Source: Candidatus Babeliales bacterium
GTDB lineage: Bacteria > Babelota > Babeliae > Babelales > Vermiphilaceae
Direction: 5' to 3'
NCBI GenBank assembly: GCA_963743635.1
Contig: CAVUQO010000003.1
Location: 256,001-320,000, forward strand
DNA: 64,000 nt
Shown one piece after another: positions 56,549 through 64,000 of this stretch (position 1 is the stretch's first letter; the number at the start of each line of letters is the position of its first letter). Both the position numbers and the translations under genes were made by a program. The notes below the pieces were generated by a model that saw only the letters and a list, made by a program, of their open reading frames with translations, was not told the DNA's origin and did not search any database.

Positions 56549-58582
56549 ATGACTGACATGATTGCCGTATTTGGTGCATCATTATTTGGGTTTGGTGTCG
56601 TTTTATATATGCTTCGCAGCATATCAAGTATCCCGGTAAAGCATGAGAAAGCCGCGCGTATAGCCGCAGCAATTCGTGCCGGAGCCATGACCTTTCTATG
56701 GGAAGAATATAAGATTATTACAGCCGTAGTTTTGGCTATTATGGGCCTCGTATGGTATGCAGTAGGTACGCTTTATGGCGCTAACGCTGGCATGATCGCT
56801 GGCCTATGCTTCCTGTTGGGTGCTGCCTCATCAATGTTGACTGGCTTTATTGGTATGTGTGCTGCGACTGCTGCGAACGTTCGCACCGCACTTGCTGCCA
56901 AAGATGAAGGTGAACATGCTGCCTTTCAAATGGCATTCTTCGGTGGTGGCGTCATGGGCTTTGCAGTAGCAAGCTTCGGACTTTTCTGTCTCGGTTCTCT
57001 ATTCTATCTTTATGCAGCTCATGATCAATTTATCTTATTCCTGACTTGTTTCGGGTTTGGTTCAAGCTTGGTAGCATTCTTTGCCCGCATCGGCGGTGGT
57101 ATCTTTACCAAAGCAGCTGACGTTGGCGCAGATCTTGTCGGTAAACTAGAAGCAGGTATTCCTGAAGATGATCCTCGTAACCCTGCGGTTATTGCTGATA
57201 ACGTGGGTGACTGCGTGGGCGATACAGCGGGTATGGGCGCAGACATTTATGAATCATATATTGGTGCGATGGTATCTTCCGTTATCTTGGCAGTAACCGC
57301 CGTTTCGGCTATGAACATTGCAGCAGAACAAGAATCGCTCTATATCGGTCTGCCATTGATGCTAGCGGTATTTGGTCTTGTTGGTTCAATCGCTGGTTTA
57401 CTTGCAAACTTTGTACTTCGTTTAGAACCAGCAGCGATGTTGCGTAACGCAAGTTATATTGCAATCGCCGTCTTCTTAGGAATTTCATACTACTATCTCA
57501 CTGCGAATAGCATGAATATGGCACTCTTTACCTCGATCGTACTTGGGTGTGTTTCAGGCGTTGTGATTGGGTTAATTACTGAATATTATACAGGCAATGG
57601 CCCGGTGGAACGTCTTGCAGATATTTCCCGTTCTGGTGCTGCAACAAATATTATTTATGGTCTTTCAATTGGTATGGAATCAACCGCATTGCCAGTCATT
57701 ATTTTGGCGGGCGTGGTACTTGCCTCCTATACATTTGGTGGCTATGAATTTGGTGTATCAATTGCGGCAGTTTCAATGCTTGCAACCGTTGGTATCTCAA
57801 TGACCGTTGATGCATATGGCCCTATCGCGGATAACGCGGGCGGTATCGCAGAAATGGCTGGATTTGATCCATCAGTGAGAAAAATCACTGATAAATTGGA
57901 TGCGCTTGGTAATACAACTGCAGCAATTGGTAAAGGTTTTGCAATTGGTTCAGCATTACTTGCTTCATTGGCGCTCTTTACTGCCTATGCGCAAGCGGCG
58001 GGTATCGATTCACTCAATATCCTTGATCCGGTAGTGATCGCGGGTGTATTCCTTGGTGGCGTTATGCCGTTCTTGGTTTCTGCGTTGACTATGCGTTCAG
58101 TAGGTAGCGCAGCATTGCAAATGGTTATGGAAGTTCGCCGTCAATTTAAAGAAATCCCTGGTCTTATGGCTGGAACTGCAGAACCTGATTACAATCGTTG
58201 TGTTGCGATCAGCACCAAAGCATCATTGCGTGAAATGATGTTGCCTGGTCTTCTGACAGTCGCTGTTCCAGTTGCGATCAAGTTCGGTTTTGGTTATGGA
58301 TTTGGTCCAATAGCGGGCACGCTTGCATTGGGCGGTTTACTCGTAGGTGCAACCGTTACTGGTGTTCTACTTGCACTTATGATGGCCAATGGTGGTGGTG
58401 CTTGGGATAACGCTAAGAAATATATCGAAGCAGGTAATTGCGGCGGTAGAGGGTCTGAAGCACATCGTGCGGCGATCACTGGCGATACAGTGGGTGATCC
58501 ATTCAAGGATACATCTGGACCATCACTTAATATTTTGATTAAGTTGATGTCTGTCATTGCATTATTGCTCGCGCTTATCTAA
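56549..58582 (+). CDS. hppA: Membrane pyrophosphatase, K+-dependent type, probably Na+-translocating
   Basis: DVGADLVGKLE, EDDPRN, GNTTAAIGKG (Ala variant), ADIYESY and GDTVGDPFKDTSGP motifs. Confidence 0.93.
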   Translation: MTDMIAVFGASLFGFGVVLYMLRSISSIPVKHEKAARIAAAIRAGAMTFLWEEYKIITAVVLAIMGLVWYAVGTLYGANAGMIAGLCFLLGAASSMLTGFIGMCAATAANVRTALAAKDEGEHAAFQMAFFGGGVMGFAVASFGLFCLGSLFYLYAAHDQFILFLTCFGFGSSLVAFFARIGGGIFTKAADVGADLVGKLEAGIPEDDPRNPAVIADNVGDCVGDTAGMGADIYESYIGAMVSSVILAVTAVSAMNIAAEQESLYIGLPLMLAVFGLVGSIAGLLANFVLRLEPAAMLRNASYIAIAVFLGISYYYLTANSMNMALFTSIVLGCVSGVVIGLITEYYTGNGPVERLADISRSGAATNIIYGLSIGMESTALPVIILAGVVLASYTFGGYEFGVSIAAVSMLATVGISMTVDAYGPIADNAGGIAEMAGFDPSVRKITDKLDALGNTTAAIGKGFAIGSALLASLALFTAYAQAAGIDSLNILDPVVIAGVFLGGVMPFLVSALTMRSVGSAALQMVMEVRRQFKEIPGLMAGTAEPDYNRCVAISTKASLREMMLPGLLTVAVPVAIKFGFGYGFGPIAGTLALGGLLVGATVTGVLLALMMANGGGAWDNAKKYIEAGNCGGRGSEAHRAAITGDTVGDPFKDTSGPSLNILIKLMSVIALLLALI

Positions 58583-58601
58583 GACGACATTTACAGAATA
58601 T

Positions 58602-58635
58602 AAAAAAAAGCTGGGATTTTTCCCGGCTTTTTTTT
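58602..58635. terminator. Rho-independent terminator
   Basis: A-run, GCTGGGA...TCCCGGC hairpin, T-run. Confidence 0.8.
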
Positions 58636-58696
58636 ATGCTCTGTGCCAGCGGTGAGGCAATGAATGGTTCAATATATTTGATAAAGGGGAAATGCA

Positions 58697-59251
58697 ATGC
58701 TTATGCGTAGATTTGCCGTATGTGCGTTGAGTTGTGCATGGATGTATGGAATCATTGTTGCGGGCCCTCGGGAAGAACTCGTAGATGCTGATAATATCCA
58801 AATTCAAATAATCGATAGCGATGATAATATTCAACTGGCTGATAAAGAAACGCAAAAGCAGTTGGTAGCCAAAAAGTGTCAGATGTATATCAAGCTGACT
58901 GAATCAGAAGATGAGGCAGTAAAAATTCAGGCGTTAATGCGAATGGCCGTCATACATCAATATGGTTTTTATGGTGTAGCAGCGAATAGCAATGCCGCCT
59001 TCCCGTATTGGCAAGCATTGGCAAATCAAATAGCTGATCTTTCAATGCGGGCGCAGGCATATGAAATGATGGGAATGCATTATAGACAAGAGCGTCGTAG
59101 CAGTGGCTGTACTGTCAGAGTTACTTCAGACATGGATAAGGCAAAGGCTTATTTTCGGATTGCTCGGGATCAATGCCCCGAGACGGACTTGGATATTAAG
59201 CAACGTGCATCAGAGGCATACCAAGAGTTGATTAGGATGGCTAATAAGTAG
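58697..59251 (+). CDS. Secreted Sel1-like repeat protein (paralog of 59351-59845)
   Basis: Signal ...VAGPRE; A.I.Q.G, QAYE..G..YR and ARD.CPE.DLDIK.RA shared with the paralog. Confidence 0.75.
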   Translation: MLMRRFAVCALSCAWMYGIIVAGPREELVDADNIQIQIIDSDDNIQLADKETQKQLVAKKCQMYIKLTESEDEAVKIQALMRMAVIHQYGFYGVAANSNAAFPYWQALANQIADLSMRAQAYEMMGMHYRQERRSSGCTVRVTSDMDKAKAYFRIARDQCPETDLDIKQRASEAYQELIRMANK

Positions 59252-59273
59252 CGGTCTGGTTTCAAAAGAAATG

Positions 59274-59307
59274 AAAAAAAGCTGGGAATGTGCCCAGCTT
59301 TTTTTTT
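59274..59307. terminator. Rho-independent terminator resembling 58602-58635
   Basis: A-run, GCTGGG...CCCAGC hairpin, T-run. Confidence 0.8.
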
Positions 59308-59350
59308 ACACTTACATCTAGGGTGATATAAGACTTAAATCAGGGGGGCC

Positions 59351-59845
59351 ATGATGTCTTATCGAATGTCTTATGTATTGGTTGGTATTGTTCTTTTGTT
59401 CAGAGGTGTCTTAGTTGCGGGGCCTCGCGAGCAGTTGTTGGAGGCTGATGAGCTTGATGATATTGGGCAAAAATTGGCTATGTATGGTCAGCTTTGTGAA
59501 TGCAATCATACGGCAGTGCGCATTGATGCAGTATTGCGCTTGGCTTGGATATATCAATGTGGGTATCTGGATGTTATGCCGCGGGATGCTGGAATAGCAG
59601 TTTCTTATTGGACTCTTTTGGCGCAGCAAAATGTGAATCGTTCAATCAAGGTGCAAGCGTATGAAATACTGGGAGATTGTTATCGAGATGGGTGGATGGG
59701 CAATGCGCCCAATCTACAAGAAGCAAAAAAGTATCTTAGGCTCGCAAGGGATGAGTGTCCTGAGGCGGACTTGGATATTAAGCGTCGTGCAATAGAAAAA
59801 CTTGAGGAGTTAGAAAATATGGGAGCATTAAAAGAGGGAAAATAA
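59351..59845 (+). CDS. Secreted Sel1-like repeat protein (paralog of 58697-59251)
   Basis: LGDCYRDG...NLQEAKKYLRLA. Confidence 0.75.
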   Translation: MMSYRMSYVLVGIVLLFRGVLVAGPREQLLEADELDDIGQKLAMYGQLCECNHTAVRIDAVLRLAWIYQCGYLDVMPRDAGIAVSYWTLLAQQNVNRSIKVQAYEILGDCYRDGWMGNAPNLQEAKKYLRLARDECPEADLDIKRRAIEKLEELENMGALKEGK

Positions 59846-59868
59846 AATTCCCTCTTTTTCGAGTGCTC

Positions 59869-60372
59869 TTATTTTTTGCACGCACTCATTAAGAGCGCAA
59901 TGATCTTAGAATACATATCTTTTTGCGTTTGAGTGAGCGCTGAAGCGCGTCCATCTTGCGCGAGGCTGATGGGCGTTTTATCATCATCGTTGCAAAAATC
60001 TGCCTGTGCCTTACGGAGAAGTAATTTTACCGCATCGTAATGACCGTAATATGCCGCATACATGAGTGCGGTATAGCGGCTTGTATCGAGCGCGTCTACT
60101 TTGCATTTATTATTTTCGATTATTGCTTCAAGGAGTTGGTACCACTTTTGTTCATCGGCTGTTTTTTTGCGTGCTAATTTCATGGTGACGTAAATCACGA
60201 GTGGGCAGCCATTAACGATTTCATTGGGATCTTTTCCCTGATTCAAACGCTGCAAAAAGTAGTCAGGACTCGATGATGCTTTGATGATTTCCGCAGAGAG
60301 ATCTACTGCTGCGATAACCGGTAACGGTAGCGCAAGAGCAGCAGCGAGTATAAGCGTGTAATAACGTTTCAT
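59869..60372 (-). CDS. Secreted ankyrin-repeat protein
   Basis: Signal peptide; TALMYAAYYGHYDAVKLLL...KTPISLA. Confidence 0.85.
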   Translation of the reverse strand: MKRYYTLILAAALALPLPVIAAVDLSAEIIKASSSPDYFLQRLNQGKDPNEIVNGCPLVIYVTMKLARKKTADEQKWYQLLEAIIENNKCKVDALDTSRYTALMYAAYYGHYDAVKLLLRKAQADFCNDDDKTPISLAQDGRASALTQTQKDMYSKIIALLMSACKK

Positions 60373-60615
60373 GGAATTTCCCCTAAAATATCTAACTTTT
60401 CGTTACTAACAGTATTACATAAATGAAGAAAAAAGCAATTGGGGGGCTTCTTATCTGTATTTCCTAGAGGCTTTTTGCATTGCCTGATTGGATCAGGTTA
60501 TTCGACCGCTACGCCCTTTATAGATTCTTTATTAGAAATTATTGTTTTCCCTGTATCGAACCTGATAGGCTCGAGAAGGGTTCATATAAAGGGCGTGGAC
60601 AAAGGGGGGCGTATT

Positions 60616-61854
60616 ATGGGACGAGGGATTGATTGTATTGTAACGTACACAAAGGCTATCGTAAAAATTGTGTGTGTTTTTGCGGTTGCTTTAGTTGTTC
60701 CATGGTTGTGCGTTTATTATATCAAACATGATGCACCGCTCATTGAACGTCGTCCGATGTTGGGGATAGAAGAATTTAGCGATACGATGCTGACCGCAAT
60801 GGTGCCGCAGAGCACTGCATGTGCGTGCCGTGCTGCATTAATTGTAGATGCAATGACGTATAGTACTGTCGGAGATGCGCATATTGCATTGCTTCGTGCA
60901 CAAGGAGTGTGTGTGAATACGTTATTTGTGCTCGATGATGGTACGGCTGCTGCGCAGAAAAAAACGTTGTCTGATATTACGGTTATTTCGATCAAAAAAG
61001 ACCAGTATGAGACGCTTGCGCATCATGACGCTGCACAGCTTGATTGTATTATGATTGATGTGCAGGAGACCGGATTTGTGCCCTATGATGGCGAACCATT
61101 GCTTGCCGCTCTGCAGATGGCGAGCAATGCACGCAAACCGGTGATTGTATTTGATCGTCCGAATGTCATTGGTGCATCGATTGAAGGATTTGGTGTGTGG
61201 CTTGGATCTCGTGCATTAATTCCGTTTCGTCATGGCATGACGATTGGAGAATTAGCAAAGTTTTGCAATCGATACATTTTAGATGCGCCCGTTACATTAC
61301 ATGTAGTTCCCATGAAATATTATCAACGGTTGGCGCAGGACACGAATCGCATACAATGCATTTCTCATTATTGCATGCGTGGGTTTGTGGATATTTTGCG
61401 TGAAGTGAAACCATTTGAAGTGCGTATCTCATCAGATAATGAGTATCATTGCGTGATGTTGCCTAGGCAGGGATCATGTTCGAGGCGTATGTGGCGTGAG
61501 TTGAGTGCGCAGTTAAAGCGCGTGGGAGTTGATGGGAAAATATATGAGTATAGTAACGAAGAAACGGGAGAATCATATATTGGATTGAAACTTTCATTGC
61601 GCGATATCAATCTTTTTTCATTGAACGGGGCGGTGTTGACGGTATTGCGTTTTTTTACTGACGTGGGTGTAACGTTGAGCTACTCAGAACGGTTGCGCGA
61701 TATGATCGGTATGCATGCAATTCAATCATACTTGGCAGGAACGGTAACGGAAAAAGAAGCGCAAGATGCTTTGGAGCATGAAGCGCTTCTTTTTTTTAAT
61801 AAGGCAGCGGGCTCTTTTTTATATCAGCCAGTACCTAAAATTAGAGTATCGTAA
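60616..61854 (+). CDS. DUF1343 / NamZ-like (exo-beta-N-acetylmuramidase family) protein, divergent
   Basis: IDVQETG, FDRPN.IG...EG, P.RHGMTIGELA and L.VVPM motifs. Confidence 0.75.
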   Translation: MGRGIDCIVTYTKAIVKIVCVFAVALVVPWLCVYYIKHDAPLIERRPMLGIEEFSDTMLTAMVPQSTACACRAALIVDAMTYSTVGDAHIALLRAQGVCVNTLFVLDDGTAAAQKKTLSDITVISIKKDQYETLAHHDAAQLDCIMIDVQETGFVPYDGEPLLAALQMASNARKPVIVFDRPNVIGASIEGFGVWLGSRALIPFRHGMTIGELAKFCNRYILDAPVTLHVVPMKYYQRLAQDTNRIQCISHYCMRGFVDILREVKPFEVRISSDNEYHCVMLPRQGSCSRRMWRELSAQLKRVGVDGKIYEYSNEETGESYIGLKLSLRDINLFSLNGAVLTVLRFFTDVGVTLSYSERLRDMIGMHAIQSYLAGTVTEKEAQDALEHEALLFFNKAAGSFLYQPVPKIRVS

Positions 61855-61864
61855 TTCAGATGGG

Positions 61865-62665
61865 TTACTTGCCCTTGCCGAACATACCTTTAATCATGGT
61901 GATGAGATCGGTGAACATAGTTTTGATGAAGGTAACGATGCTCATCAGTGCTTTAGTGATGCTCTGCAGAATGCCTGATTCCTTCTCTTCTTTTGGTTCT
62001 TGCGCGTGCTGTTCATGAGATGCTACTGATTCACAACCAGCTGTATTAGGCATCACTGCTTCTTTCATTTCATCCGCAACTTCAACAACCTTTTCTTCTG
62101 CTGCCATTGCCACTTCTTTTGCTTCTTGCGCAACCTCAGCAATCTTTTCCTTTGCAGTGGTTGCTGCTTGTTTTATGTCTTGAGTTATTGCATCCGCTTT
62201 TGCTTTTACCGCAGTTTCAGCAGTAGAAGTTTTTTGCGTTGATGGGACTTGCGCTTGTGCTGATGCTGGCATCATGAGATGTTCTTTAATTTCAGCGCTT
62301 AGTGTTTTCTCCGTGTTTTGAGGTACGCCTTTAAATTCCTTTTTTTGTGCAGAGCCGAGCATCAAGCGAATTGTTGGTAAGCAGGTAATATTTTGTTTTT
62401 CTGACAACGTATTGTTGAGGTCAACGTCTATGGTAGCAAAAGTAATGTTTTTAAATTGTGGATCATTTGCAACGTTATGTAATGGTGCTTTTAATGCTTT
62501 ACAGGCTCCGCACCATTCAGCAGAAAATACCATGACGCTTGGTGCATTCGATTCGATAATTTTATTAAATTCATCTTCACTTTTTATTGAAATTAATGAT
62601 GCGTGGATCGGCTGAGTAGATGCGGTTATAAGCAACATAGTGGGCAGTAAAACGGTTTTTTTCAT
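61865..62665 (-). CDS. Exported thioredoxin-domain protein with an Ala/Lys/Glu-rich tail
   Basis: Signal peptide, FSAEWCGACK and the cis-Pro LPT motif. Confidence 0.85.
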   Translation of the reverse strand: MKKTVLLPTMLLITASTQPIHASLISIKSEDEFNKIIESNAPSVMVFSAEWCGACKALKAPLHNVANDPQFKNITFATIDVDLNNTLSEKQNITCLPTIRLMLGSAQKKEFKGVPQNTEKTLSAEIKEHLMMPASAQAQVPSTQKTSTAETAVKAKADAITQDIKQAATTAKEKIAEVAQEAKEVAMAAEEKVVEVADEMKEAVMPNTAGCESVASHEQHAQEPKEEKESGILQSITKALMSIVTFIKTMFTDLITMIKGMFGKGK

Positions 62666-63241
62666 AGATTTTCCTCTTTAAATTAGTAAAAAAGAAGTGT
62701 ACACTTTCTTACGTTTCTTATACAACGCCTGCATGCAGTAATCAACATGATCATATCATAAAAAATATTGACGATGTCAACAAAAATTACTGATTGGTTT
62801 TAAGCATAAAATAGGCAAATCGTATAATGACTCATTCCCATTAATTATGGTAGTGCATGAGAGCGGAAACGCGACCTGCGCAGATGATCCGCGTGATGGA
62901 TCGGATGTCTGCATTTGTTTCTATGTGAAAAAATAGTCGCTTCAAATTAACGAAAAATTTTAGAATAATGTTTCATAAAATTTTTTGATAAAACACTTGA
63001 TTATGGGGTATTAAACCTTTACTTTATTTAGACAGCCGACAAGAATGTGTTTTACACATTGTCAATGTTTTTAATATAAAATTAGTGCTATGCGTATACA
63101 TGCTCAGCACAGAGCGTGTTGGGTTTGTAGACTCTAAAAAGGGAGATGTGGTGAATCGTTTAATACTGCTAGATGATGAAAAGGACGTGTATGAAAGATG
63201 TGCAAAAAGATAAAAATATACAAACTCTAGGGGGAGACACT

Positions 63242-64000
63242 ATGGAAGTGAGATCATCATTCGATGTGACGCCAGCAAACAGCCCGGTGCAAAAGCTGTA
63301 CGATGGATATACCGTTGTGAAACGCAATGGTGATGTGTCGCAATTGGATATTTCATTGCTACGCAAGGCGATCGTGTGGGCATCCAAGGGCCACAAGGAT
63401 GTGGTGGACGTCAATGCGGTTGTCGATGAAACATTGAAAAATAGTTTCAATGGCATTAGCGCGCGAGAGTTGGAAGATGCGCAAGTGCTTGCGGCGGTTG
63501 CATTTATTGAATGTGATCCTGCATACGGATACGTTGCATCACAATTGCAGTTTAAAAAACTGTTCAAAGATGTAACCGGGGTCTCGGTAATGAGTCCTGA
63601 AGCATCGACGGCATACCGTACTGCTTTCATAGAAAGCATTGTAAAGGGTGTTCAAGCGCAAATTCTTGACCAGCGTATGCTTTCATTTGATCTTGAAATG
63701 CTTGCGCAAGAGCTTTGTCTTGAATCGGATCACTTGCTCGATTATATGGGATTGAAAACACTCTACGAACGTTATTTTACGCGGATTGAGACTAAGCATC
63801 TTGAGCTGCCGCAAATTTTTTGGATGCGTGTTGCCATGGGTATGGCGATTGAAGAGCCGCGCAAGAATGAGCATGCACTTGAGTTCTATAACTTAATGTC
63901 ATCATTGCGTTATGTGCCAAGCACGCCAACGTTACTGCATGCAGGTATGGTTCGTGCGCAATTAAGCTCATGCTTCTTAACCACCGTTGAAGATGATTTA
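63242..64000 (+). CDS. nrdA: Class Ia ribonucleotide reductase alpha subunit, 5' part (runs off the window; alternative start 63191)
   Basis: Manual translation gives VVKRNG (ATP cone), LYERYF, ELPQIFWMRVAMG and STPTLLHAG...QLSSCFL. Confidence 0.93.
   Translation, partial: MEVRSSFDVTPANSPVQKLYDGYTVVKRNGDVSQLDISLLRKAIVWASKGHKDVVDVNAVVDETLKNSFNGISARELEDAQVLAAVAFIECDPAYGYVASQLQFKKLFKDVTGVSVMSPEASTAYRTAFIESIVKGVQAQILDQRMLSFDLEMLAQELCLESDHLLDYMGLKTLYERYFTRIETKHLELPQIFWMRVAMGMAIEEPRKNEHALEFYNLMSSLRYVPSTPTLLHAGMVRAQLSSCFLTTVEDDL

Noticed and set aside
62700..63190. Riboswitch, ncRNA or NrdR boxes in the nrdA leader
   Set aside because: Several hairpins are present, but no recognisable family consensus or convincing NrdR box.
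63169..63874. Minus-strand ORFs 63169-63639 and 63683-63874
   Set aside because: Antisense shadows of nrdA.

Overview
Gene-dense, AT-rich bacterial chromosome segment. Its content resembles an intracellular, protist-associated lineage such as Candidatus Dependentiae/Babelota; this is an inference from the ankyrin and Sel1 proteins and the arrays of small signal-peptide genes. Housekeeping genes include arfB, an mgtA-like ATPase, mutL, prmC, ftsY, rnhB, rpsF, rpsR, typA, truA, gpmI, rsmE, tsaB, ruvX, murE, hppA and the 5' part of nrdA. Between them lie clusters of lineage-specific secreted genes and an MNT-HEPN toxin-antitoxin pair. No tRNA, rRNA, CRISPR array or transposase was recognised. 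Five observations stand out. (1) Two families of short palindromic REP/RPE-like repeats occur at about 15 loci, often paired or nested; the densest cluster abuts a stand-alone GIY-YIG endonuclease gene, and copies sit in frame inside mutL, prmC and rnhB. (2) A five-gene tandem array of secreted HExxH metalloproteases is built from near-identical junction cassettes and ends in an orphan sixth tail. (3) Four secreted proteins share an unannotated domain resembling a U-box/NleG-like fold. (4) Many secreted proteins have Met immediately after the predicted signal cleavage site, including a GNAT with an NLS-like motif. (5) A diverged duplicate of the ftsY 3' end is interrupted by one of the repeats.
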